16,924 nt of DNA from a virus (lineage: Duplodnaviria > Heunggongvirae > Uroviricota > Caudoviricetes): IMG/VR virus record IMGVR_UViG_2778261457_000004. One strand, 5' to 3'. Under the pieces are notes generated by a model. The model saw only the letters and a program-made list of their open reading frames with translations, had not been told where the DNA came from and searched no databases. Each line of letters begins with the position of its first letter. Position 1 is the first letter of the stretch. Positions 9,116 to 16,527 of the stretch are shown here, one piece after another. The translations under genes were made by a program, and so were the position numbers.

Positions 9116-9727
9116 TCAAAGAGAAAAGCTAAAGCCCAGAAGGGAAGCCAAAGAACTTGAGGATTGGTTAAACGTGCTGTGCAATGCGAAGGTCATTGGG
9201 AATGACTTAAATTCAGTAACCTGATCTCGCGCATAGGTGACATCGCCGGTAGTGACCGGGAATACCGTCATCTCATTTTCCAGTTTGGTTAAGCCGGAAG
9301 ACAGCAACCGATAAATACGCACATTGAGCAAATATTTAGACGGTATATTCCCGGTACCGTCCGGATTGATTACCCGACTTTTTGCCGTCTTAAACCAGTC
9401 CAAAACGAGGCCATCAACGGTATCCCTGACCATCATTGTTATCTGCCCTGGCGAACGCTCCGTTGGTTGAAGGATATTCCCTCCACCGATTTTCATCGTT
9501 TCATATTCGATGCTGTAATCGTGGTAGGTAATATCTTTGGCAAAGAAGTCTGCCCCTTCCAGTCCATCAACTTCGACAGAGAACTGCCATCCTTGCGCGA
9601 ACAGCATTTTGTTCATGATGATTGACGTCAGCTTACCAACTTCCCGTTCACCAACGCCGGAGCCAAATAATGTCGTCGTTAATGCCGAAGATACATAAGA
9701 CTTTACTGAAGCAACATTAAACCCCAT
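9116..9727 (-). CDS. Putative tail tube / major tail protein, 203 aa
   Basis: ATG at 9725-9727 with GAGGG SD 10 nt after the upstream stop. Size and position two genes upstream of the tape-measure-like gene fit a tail tube protein. No motif verified. Confidence 0.55.
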   Translation of the reverse strand: MGFNVASVKSYVSSALTTTLFGSGVGEREVGKLTSIIMNKMLFAQGWQFSVEVDGLEGADFFAKDITYHDYSIEYETMKIGGGNILQPTERSPGQITMMVRDTVDGLVLDWFKTAKSRVINPDGTGNIPSKYLLNVRIYRLLSSGLTKLENEMTVFPVTTGDVTYARDQVTEFKSFPMTFALHSTFNQSSSSLASLLGFSFSL

Positions 9728-9737
9728 ATCAGCCCTC

Positions 9738-10347
<610 letters not shown>

Positions 10348-10457
10348 GTCATTTGTTACCGGTCAGTCTACACATTTCAGATGCTGCGTTAAAAAACCCA
10401 AGTACTTCAAGTAGCACATCGTCATCAACACCCAGCCCCAAGATACGGTGATAAAAT

Positions 10458-11492
10458 TCAAGCCTTAAGAGGCTTTGTGTATGTTCGTGTAATCCATCCA
10501 GTAATAAACTCGTCCCCTGATTTAACCTGCACGAAAAGCCATTGGCGATCTTTTTTATCTAAAACAGCCACTATAGTATTTTTGCCAATGCATTCAATCA
10601 CCTCACTATTTATAGAAGGACTGACGTGTAATCTTACGTTCTCACCAGTTATAAAACGAAAACCATTGAGATCTTCCCAACTAATTTCTTTGTTTTCTTT
10701 AATTAATTGTTGTTTTGATATTGGTTTATCCTCAAACAGAGATATAAAATATGATTCTGCCTTGTGTATTCCCAGCAAGGTTTTCTCTTTTCCGTAATCA
10801 ATAAAAGCACCAAACACAACTTGAGAAAATATAACCATTAGTAACCATTGCAGTGGATAAGGAAGCTCTTTAAATGAATCAACAAACTTTGAGCTAGGTT
10901 TATTTAATCCTTTGTTTTGAACATTACTTTTGGTGTGTGATGTTTCAGTAGCACCTTCAGCATAAGCCTGCGCAATAGATGAAATCCCCTGCTCTATTAT
11001 TTGATGTAATGAAGCATTTCTTGTTCTAGCATAGTGATCTAGTACTTTCTTTATGTCTTGGCTTACATCTATTTTATAACTTGCACTTTGTTGTAATTCT
11101 TTAAGTATCGCTTGCATGTTATTTAAACCAGCTTGCTTATTAAGCACCTCAAGCTGTTTTCGTAATGGCATAGCTATTTCGGCCTGTTTCCTTAGCATTT
11201 GAATATATCTATTTGCGTCATGAGGGAAAAGAGCCTGAGGATGTTTCTGTAAAATCGCGATATGTTCACGATACTTGCTGCCTATTCCAGCCAAGTTCGG
11301 CATACTAGCCAATTGTTTTCGAAGAGAGTTACTAATTACAGCTTGTCTATTCAATCTTGTCATATTTTGAAAAGAATGTTTTTCTATTCCTAATTGTTTT
11401 TGCAAGATCACTACGTGATCTTTGTATGATGGAATGAGCGCTGGCTGTTTATACAGTAACTTCAACTCATTAGAATTAGTAATTTTTGTCAT
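10458..11492 (-). CDS. Bitopic membrane protein with cytoplasmic tandem-repeat region and C-terminal SH3b-like domain, 344 aa
   Basis: AT-rich ORF. ATG at 11490-11492 preferred; the ORF track's TTG at 11525 would add 11 codons. TATAAT-like sequence directly upstream. Internal imperfect repeats (HVVILQKQL…LRKQLASMPNLAGI / HIAILQKHP…LRKQAEIAMPLRKQLEVLNKQAGL). One predicted TM helix (LQWLLMVIFSQVVFGAFIDYG). C-terminal ~75 aa has the SH3b pattern (…VRLHVSPSINSEVIECIGKNTIVAVLDKKDRQWLFVQVKSGDEFITGWITRTY). Confidence 0.7.
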   Translation of the reverse strand: MTKITNSNELKLLYKQPALIPSYKDHVVILQKQLGIEKHSFQNMTRLNRQAVISNSLRKQLASMPNLAGIGSKYREHIAILQKHPQALFPHDANRYIQMLRKQAEIAMPLRKQLEVLNKQAGLNNMQAILKELQQSASYKIDVSQDIKKVLDHYARTRNASLHQIIEQGISSIAQAYAEGATETSHTKSNVQNKGLNKPSSKFVDSFKELPYPLQWLLMVIFSQVVFGAFIDYGKEKTLLGIHKAESYFISLFEDKPISKQQLIKENKEISWEDLNGFRFITGENVRLHVSPSINSEVIECIGKNTIVAVLDKKDRQWLFVQVKSGDEFITGWITRTYTKPLKA

Positions 11493-11566
11493 ATTATTCC
11501 ATTTATATAATAGAATATTACGCAACCAATGTTTTATTGATTGCGTTAATCTTTAACACAGAAAGA

Positions 11567-12043
11567 TCATTTGCCTCGTTTAATACATCCATCCATTTTG
11601 GCTTGTTGATACAACTTACTTAGCCCAGAAAGAGGGAATGTAGCAATTTTTTCATTATCAACATAAGCATCAATCATATTAGCATTTGAATCTGCTGCAT
11701 CTTGCCAAAAGGCATACCACCAAGAATCTCCAACCATTGATCCAAGATTGCTAAAAGGATATTGCTCACCATCTATAGTTAATACTATTTTATTCTTGTC
11801 AGCATTATACTCTTTTTTATTATTCGACGAACTTAGCAACAAGCCTAAACTACCTGCACTATCTGGTGAACCATACATGAATCCCATATCACATAAAAAA
11901 CTTATCTTATCACCATTATGATTATGGATTGTATATTCTCTCCCCCCTCTCTCTTCAATTACATTCCATTGTAGAGGATCTATTTTTGCAAATGTTCCTG
12001 CTGAAACTAACGATACAAATAATAAAAACCATCTCATATTCAT
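11567..12043 (-). CDS. Secreted/periplasmic protein with Sec signal peptide, 158 aa
   Basis: AT-rich ORF; N-terminus MNMRWFLLFVSLVSAGTFA|KID is a typical signal peptide with an AxA-like cleavage site; two Cys residues; no recognisable family. Confidence 0.7.
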   Translation of the reverse strand: MNMRWFLLFVSLVSAGTFAKIDPLQWNVIEERGGREYTIHNHNGDKISFLCDMGFMYGSPDSAGSLGLLLSSSNNKKEYNADKNKIVLTIDGEQYPFSNLGSMVGDSWWYAFWQDAADSNANMIDAYVDNEKIATFPLSGLSKLYQQAKMDGCIKRGK

Positions 12044-12065
12044 TCTTTTCGCTTCTTATCTGTAA

Positions 12066-12416
12066 TTATTCTGCAATATCATTTGCCCATTGCACGGCAG
12101 CAAAATGAGTACCCAAACCACTCAGGAAAGCAATTACCCCCAAAACAATACTTGCTGCTGTTGATTCAAACAAAGTACCAATACTATAGCCAATAGCTCC
12201 CCATACTAAGCTAAATACAATCATCAATGGTATTGCCAGAAATTTTATTCTTAAACTAAAAATCAGTCCAAGAAAAGAACCGCCAAAGGCCCACCATGAT
12301 TTAGACATTAAACCTATCAGTATTGACAGAATTCCTATTTCAATAAAGAGAATATTAGATTGCTCTTCATTGAATTTCGCATTTGTTACACCTTTACGAA
12401 CATGTTCAGATGACAT
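12066..12416 (-). CDS. Small polytopic inner-membrane protein (about 4 TM helices), 116 aa
   Basis: AT-rich ORF with ATG at 12414-12416 and AGGAG about 11 nt upstream. Four hydrophobic segments (ILFIEIGILSILIGLM, WWAFGGSFLGLIFSL, IPLMIVFSLVWGAIGYSIG, ASIVLGVIAFLSGLG). Confidence 0.65.
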   Translation of the reverse strand: MSSEHVRKGVTNAKFNEEQSNILFIEIGILSILIGLMSKSWWAFGGSFLGLIFSLRIKFLAIPLMIVFSLVWGAIGYSIGTLFESTAASIVLGVIAFLSGLGTHFAAVQWANDIAE

Positions 12417-12562
12417 GATTAACTATCTCCTGCCACAGATAAAACGCCTTAAAATAACATTTTGTAGCATAAAGTTTCACCATGCAATGGTCAAAATCTT
12501 TGACCCATATCAATTAAACTCATACATTTTAGTTACCAGAGAAATAATTCACATGGTTGCAA

Positions 12563-12579
12563 GTTGCTCTAATTATTTT
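12563..12579 (+). promoter_or_regulatory. P1 C1-repressor-type operator (Op51-like) upstream of the immunity region
   Basis: GTTGCTCTAATTATTTT matches the asymmetric 17-bp C1 operator consensus ATTGCTCTAATAAATTT (recalled) at 14 of 17 positions. It shares the exact 10-bp core TTGCTCTAAT with two further sites in the window. Confidence 0.5.
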
Positions 12580-12651
12580 ATTTTTTTAGCTTCATATGCT
12601 ACATTAACTTGCTTTAGTGCTAATGCATTTTCGGTTTATCCTAAACAGGCA

Positions 12652-12728
12652 TCTTAGTAAAACGGATGCCGGGATTGGAACCCCGGATAATGCAAAAGGC
12701 GACACAGACGCCAAAAGCGTCTTTTTTT
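12652..12728 (+). ncRNA. Candidate c4-like antisense repressor RNA (boundaries approximate)
   Basis: Stem-loop CCGGG-ATTGGAAC-CCCGG (12669-12686) followed by a terminator-like hairpin. Segment 12669-12700 is an imperfect inverted copy of 12810-12841, which lies just upstream of the icd-like ribosome binding site. Position between a C1-type operator and an icd-ant pair mirrors the P1/P7 immI organisation. Confidence 0.35.
12707..12728 (+). terminator. Intrinsic terminator-like hairpin with U-run
   Basis: GACGC (12707-12711), loop CAAAA, GCGTC (12717-12721), then TTTTTTT (12722-12728) on the plus strand. Confidence 0.5.
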
Positions 12729-12809
12729 GTGTCATGCCATCGCACAGCCATACGTAGCACATAGCTCCGAGATCAATGGTAGTGCTGGCTGGGCTGCCGA
12801 AAGGCAGGC

Positions 12810-12871
12810 CGGTTCCCTTTTGCGCCGGTAGTTCCAACCCAGTCAGTGCTACCGCCATTGAGATTGGAACC
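12810..12871 (+). promoter_or_regulatory. Antisense target / leader region of the icd-ant operon
   Basis: CCTTTTGC (12816-12823), CCGG and GTTCCAA (12831-12837) are complementary to GCAAAAGG, CCGG and TTGGAAC in 12669-12700. GATTGGAACC is directly repeated at 12672-12681 and 12862-12871. GCTACCGC (12848-12855) and GCGGTAGC (12876-12883) form an 8-bp inverted repeat. Confidence 0.4.
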
Positions 12872-12913
12872 TCACGCGGTAGCTCCTTAAATTAGCAAAA
12901 GGAGGCTGCCATT

Positions 12914-13135
12914 GTGGCTACTATCCCTACCCCTACTCATCCTGAATTTATCTGGCGCTTTTACTCCTGCCAAAAACAACACTATCACTTCGTTATCGCA
13001 GCAACTGAAGACGAAGCACGCTCTCAATTGCCTGATGGCCCCTGCATTTTTACTGCCCGTTTTTCTACTAACTCGCGCAATTCACTTAGTTACTGGAACC
13101 TCCCCTTCTCTGCCGACGTTCAGGGGGTTTTATGA
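12914..13135 (+). CDS. icd: Small icd-like protein, 73 aa, translationally coupled to the antirepressor
   Basis: GTG start at 12914 eight nt after a GGAGG SD. The stop TGA overlaps the antirepressor ATG (ATGA at 13132-13135). Architecture matches P1 icd; the 73-aa length of P1 Icd is from memory and sequence homology is not verified. Confidence 0.5.
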   Translation: MATIPTPTHPEFIWRFYSCQKQHYHFVIAATEDEARSQLPDGPCIFTARFSTNSRNSLSYWNLPFSADVQGVL

Positions 13136-14520
13136 AAAAACCTCTCGTCACCCGTAATGAAATTGCCGAAGCGTTCGCTTTGCATACAACCTGTATGCCG
13201 ACACGGGAGATCCCCGGCGCAATTGCCAACTATTTCATGATAACCAGGCGTTTTTATACCCGAACAGATAAGGCTGTGATCAACAGGCTACTGATAGCCG
13301 AGATCAGGGATTATTTGATTGAACAAGGACGTCTACGTTACGCAACAGTGGCAGCAGAAATGAGAAAGGAGGCACATAGAATGACCGGTAATAATTTGAA
13401 TGTTGAAAAACCAGCACCTGTTGCTTCAGCTACGCCATCACCAGCTGTGAATGTTATCTCCAACACTGGAGACACAATCGACAGCCAGACACTGTTAAAG
13501 ATGGTCAATGAAGCGCGTAAGTTATGTGGGGAACCAGCGGTTCGGAACAACAAATTCATCGAAAAAATACTCGACGAATTAGAAGGTGAGGACGGTTACA
13601 CAAAAAGTGCAACCGTGCCACCAGGTGGCGGTACGCCTATGGTTGTCATAACCATGACCTACAAACAAGCCCTGCGAGTTGCCGCGCGCGAGTCAAAAGC
13701 GGTCCGCCGTTCGCTACAAACCATGATTCAGGCATTGGAACCTATAAATGTTGAAAATCAGCCTGATGAAATTCCCGTTCTGGAATGGCAGGGAGTACGC
13801 GTCGTGACAACCGAGACTCTTGCTAGAGGGTATGACACTACACCTATTCGTATTCAGCAGAACTACAATCGCAACGAAGAACGATTTGTAGAGGGTAAAC
13901 ACTTCTTTAAAATCAAAGGAGATGAGATAAAAAGTTTGCGACTATCTTTTAGCGAGTTGCAAATTTCCCCCAAGACCAGATCCTTAATACTCTGGACCGA
14001 ACGCGGAGCGGCACGCATGTCTAAGATCGTAGACACAGAGCAAGCGTGGGCATTCTTTGAAAAACTGGAAGACAGCTACTTCCGGCAAAAAGAACAGCAA
14101 CCGGTCACAATCCCCCAAACATTACCAGAAGCCTTGCGCCTGGCCGCCGAGTTGGCAGAACAGAAAATGCAGTTGGAACAACAGCTGGTGGCCGCAGCCC
14201 CTAAAGTCGATTTTGCCGACCGGGTATCAGTGGCTAATGGAATCCTGATCGGGAACTTTGCAAAGGTCGTTGGACTTAAGCAAAACGCCCTTTTCTCATG
14301 GTTGCGCCAGAATGGCATTCTCATGGCTTTTGGAGCGCGCAAAAACGTACCGCGCCAACAGTACATCAACGCCGGGTATTTCACGGTGAAAGAAGTGGTG
14401 CTGGATGATGAAAATGGCTACCAGATACGGCTGACGCCCCAATTAACGGGTAAAGGCCAGCAGTGGTTAACTCGCAAGCTACTTGATGCTGGTTTGTTAA
14501 AACCAGTAGCAATAGGTTAA
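13132..14520 (+). CDS. ant: Phage antirepressor (Ant) with C-terminal KilAC/AntC domain, 462 aa; possible second product from an internal in-frame start
   Basis: ATG at 13132 with AGGGGG SD. Middle region resembles antirepressor ORF6N/AntA-type domains (…WQGVRVVTTETLARGYDTTPIRIQQNYNRNEERFVEGKHFFKI…LILWTERGAARMSKI…). The C-terminus (…LPEALRLAAELAEQ…APKVDFADRV…GYFTVKEVVLDDENGYQIRLTPQLTGKGQQWL…) is the KilAC-type antirepressor domain. An internal in-frame ATG at 13381 follows a strong AAGGAGG SD. Confidence 0.85.
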   Translation: MKKPLVTRNEIAEAFALHTTCMPTREIPGAIANYFMITRRFYTRTDKAVINRLLIAEIRDYLIEQGRLRYATVAAEMRKEAHRMTGNNLNVEKPAPVASATPSPAVNVISNTGDTIDSQTLLKMVNEARKLCGEPAVRNNKFIEKILDELEGEDGYTKSATVPPGGGTPMVVITMTYKQALRVAARESKAVRRSLQTMIQALEPINVENQPDEIPVLEWQGVRVVTTETLARGYDTTPIRIQQNYNRNEERFVEGKHFFKIKGDEIKSLRLSFSELQISPKTRSLILWTERGAARMSKIVDTEQAWAFFEKLEDSYFRQKEQQPVTIPQTLPEALRLAAELAEQKMQLEQQLVAAAPKVDFADRVSVANGILIGNFAKVVGLKQNALFSWLRQNGILMAFGARKNVPRQQYINAGYFTVKEVVLDDENGYQIRLTPQLTGKGQQWLTRKLLDAGLLKPVAIG

Positions 14521-14532
14521 CAAAAGAAAAAA

Positions 14533-14557
14533 CCTGCCAGCAAACTGGCAGGTTTCT
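14533..14557 (+). terminator. Terminator-like hairpin after ant
   Basis: CCTGCCAG, loop CAAA, CTGGCAGG, followed by TTTCT; the U-run is weak. Confidence 0.4.
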
Positions 14558-14597
14558 GAGCAGATCATCCAACCCGATCTGGATCGAGTTAGAAAAA

Positions 14598-14614
14598 TTT
14601 GCTCTAATAAATTT
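14598..14614 (+). promoter_or_regulatory. P1 C1-repressor-type operator (Op53-like) upstream of kilA-repL
   Basis: TTTGCTCTAATAAATTT matches the recalled C1 operator consensus ATTGCTCTAATAAATTT at 16 of 17 positions, about 70 bp upstream of the kilA-like start. An 8-bp inverted repeat AATCACCA…TGGTGATT lies at 14633-14656. Confidence 0.6.
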
Positions 14615-14683
14615 CGTTTTCTAAGTGCAAAGAATCACCATTTCGAGCTGGTGATTGAAGGTTGATGCAAATTTGGAGAAAAA

Positions 14684-15484
14684 ATGCAACAAACATTCAA
14701 TGCGGATATGAATATATCAAACCTTCATCAAAATGTCGATCCTTCAACCACTCTGCCTGTTATTTGTGGTGTTGAAATTACGACCGACCACGCTGGCCGT
14801 TACAACCTTAATGCTCTACACAGAGCGAGCGGACTCGGTGCCCATAAAGCGCCAGCTCAATGGCTAAGAACGCTGTCAGCCAAACAGCTCATCGAAGAGC
14901 TTGAAAAAGAAACTATGCAGAATTGCATAGTTTCGTTCGAAGGCCGTGGCGGCGGCACTTTTGCCCATGAATTGCTCGCTGTGGAGTACGCAGGCTGGAT
15001 TTCTCCCGCGTTTCGGCTGAAGGTAAACCAGACATTTATCGACTATCGAGCCGGAAGATTACAACCTGCTATTCCGCAGAGTCTCCCTGAAGCTCTCCGT
15101 TTGGCTGCCGACCTGGCAGAGCAAAAGCAACGGCTGGAGCAAAAAATGCTTATGGATGCACCTAAAGTCGAATTCGCCGAACGCGTTGCTACCGCCAGCG
15201 GGGTTCTAATCGGCAACTATGCCAAAGTGCTCGGTCTGGGCCAAAACTATCTCTTCACCTGGTTACGTGATAACGGAATTCTGATCGCAACCGGTGAACG
15301 CAGGAACATCCCCAAACAAGAATACATATCCCGTGGGTATTTCACCCTTAAAGAAACCGTGATCGATACAAGCAATGGAAGCAGGATTTCTTTCACGACT
15401 CGTATAACCGGCAAAGGTCAGCAGTGGCTGATGAAGCGATTGCTTGATGCTGGTGTGCTGGTACCTGTCGCGGCAACGCGCTAA
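14684..15484 (+). CDS. kilA: KilA-N domain protein with C-terminal KilAC/AntC domain, 266 aa
   Basis: ATG at 14684 with GGAG SD. N-terminal KilA-N-type region (…NLNALHRASGLGAHKAPAQWLRTLSAKQLIEELEKE…HELLAVEYAGWISPAFRLKVNQ…). C-terminus is paralogous to the Ant C-terminus (…LPEALRLAADLAEQ…APKVEFAERV…GYFTLKETVIDTSNGSRISFTTRITGKGQQWL…). Length equals my recollection of P1 KilA. Confidence 0.8.
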   Translation: MQQTFNADMNISNLHQNVDPSTTLPVICGVEITTDHAGRYNLNALHRASGLGAHKAPAQWLRTLSAKQLIEELEKETMQNCIVSFEGRGGGTFAHELLAVEYAGWISPAFRLKVNQTFIDYRAGRLQPAIPQSLPEALRLAADLAEQKQRLEQKMLMDAPKVEFAERVATASGVLIGNYAKVLGLGQNYLFTWLRDNGILIATGERRNIPKQEYISRGYFTLKETVIDTSNGSRISFTTRITGKGQQWLMKRLLDAGVLVPVAATR

Positions 15485-15513
15485 CAGACGTAGTAAGAAC
15501 CACCAGCATTGTA

Positions 15514-16359
15514 ATGCTGGCTAAAGTCACTTTCCTGAGCTGTATAACGATGAGCGATTTTACTTTTTCTGGCTATGAATTGGCCTGCTTTGTAACACAC
15601 TCCGGTCTATCCCGTAGCGCCGGGCATATCCTGTCGCAATGTGCAAATCTAGCGGCAACAACCAGTGAATACTTCATTCACAAGCCTCACCGCCTGATCG
15701 CGGCAGAAACTGGTTATAGCCAATCAACCGTCGTTCGTGCATTCCGTGAAGCTGTAAACAAAGGAATTCTGTCTGTAGAGATTGTTATCGGCGATCACCG
15801 TGAACGTCGCGCTAACCTGTACCGGTTTACACCATCCTTTTTGGCCTTCGCACAACAAGCCAAAAATGCGCTGATTGAAAGCAAATTAAAGATCTCTTCA
15901 GCGGCAACCAAGGTTAAAGCTGTTCTCGCTAAGACATTGGCTTTATTTAATTTTTTATCCACACCCCCATGTCAAAATGATACCCCCTCCCCCTGTCAGG
16001 ATGACGTGGCAATAAAGAATAAGAAGTCACAAGTTAAAAAAACAAAAAGATCAGTTTCCGGCGGTGCCGGAACGACCAGACTCAAAAAATTGACTTCATG
16101 GATCGCTGAGGCAAAAGCAAAGGCTGACAATCTGCGGTTATCCAAAAAACGCACTCAAAAACATGAGTTCAAGCAGAAAGTAGAGGCGGCTGCGCGGAAA
16201 TATGCTTACCTGAAGAACAAGCGTTCGCCTGATATTGGCGGGATATCAAACTTCGATAACCTACCGCATTGCATGACGGTAAACGAAGCTCTTAATGCGG
16301 TTTTAGCCAAAAATAAAGATAACGAACAATGGGGTATACCGGCAGGATTCAGAGGGTAA
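15514..16359 (+). CDS. repL: Lytic replication protein RepL-like, winged-HTH with lysine-rich C-terminus, 281 aa
   Basis: ORF directly after the kilA-like gene. HTH-like segment …IAAETGYSQSTVVRAFREAVNKGILSV…; basic C-terminal half. Length and position match my recollection of P1 repL (the oriL-containing lytic replicon gene). The start is uncertain: ATG 15514 lies inside an 18-bp palindrome, and the alternative ATG is about 15550. Confidence 0.6.
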   Translation: MLAKVTFLSCITMSDFTFSGYELACFVTHSGLSRSAGHILSQCANLAATTSEYFIHKPHRLIAAETGYSQSTVVRAFREAVNKGILSVEIVIGDHRERRANLYRFTPSFLAFAQQAKNALIESKLKISSAATKVKAVLAKTLALFNFLSTPPCQNDTPSPCQDDVAIKNKKSQVKKTKRSVSGGAGTTRLKKLTSWIAEAKAKADNLRLSKKRTQKHEFKQKVEAAARKYAYLKNKRSPDIGGISNFDNLPHCMTVNEALNAVLAKNKDNEQWGIPAGFRG

Positions 16360-16362
16360 TGA

Positions 16363-16379
16363 ATTGCTCTAATTATAAC
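16363..16379 (+). promoter_or_regulatory. Third C1-type operator-like site, immediately after the repL-like stop
   Basis: ATTGCTCTAATTATAAC matches the recalled consensus at 12 of 17 positions, including the complete first 11 bp; it is followed by a perfect 8-bp palindrome AGTTTGCC-ATGA-GGCAAACT (16402-16421). Confidence 0.4.
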
Positions 16380-16527
16380 CATGCATACTTTCAACGCCTC
16401 TAGTTTGCCATGAGGCAAACTCATAGGCGTCCTGGTAAGAGGACACTGTTGCCAAAACTGGACGTCCCATTATTGCAATTAATAAACAACTAACGGACAA
16501 TTCTACCTAACAATAAGTGGAGTTAAC

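Noticed and set aside
12330-12370. Partial operator-like match (TTGCTCT) inside the 5' end of the 116-aa membrane protein gene
   Set aside because: Only 7 of the 10 core positions match and the remainder of the 17-bp consensus is not conserved; most likely chance.
12662-12690. tRNA-like T-arm motif (minus-strand GGTTCCAATCC) that could indicate a tRNA gene or att-site remnant
   Set aside because: No matching acceptor stem, D-arm or anticodon arm can be assembled around it. The motif recurs as part of the antisense/target repeat set, so it is more likely part of the c4-like RNA system.
12370-12858. Plus-strand 95-aa ORF (12370-12657) and minus-strand 84-aa ORF (12604-12858) in the region between the accessory module and icd
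   Set aside because: They cover an AT-rich promoter/operator region and the structured RNA region, including the terminator hairpin and complementary repeat blocks. The sequence is better explained as regulatory RNA and DNA than as coding.
12560-13135. P22-type immI (mnt/arc/sar) organisation as an alternative explanation for the antirepressor region
   Set aside because: No Arc- or Mnt-like small repressor ORFs are present. The operator motif matches the P1 C1 type, and the antirepressor is followed by a kilA-repL-type pair, which fits P1-like immI plus lytic replicon.
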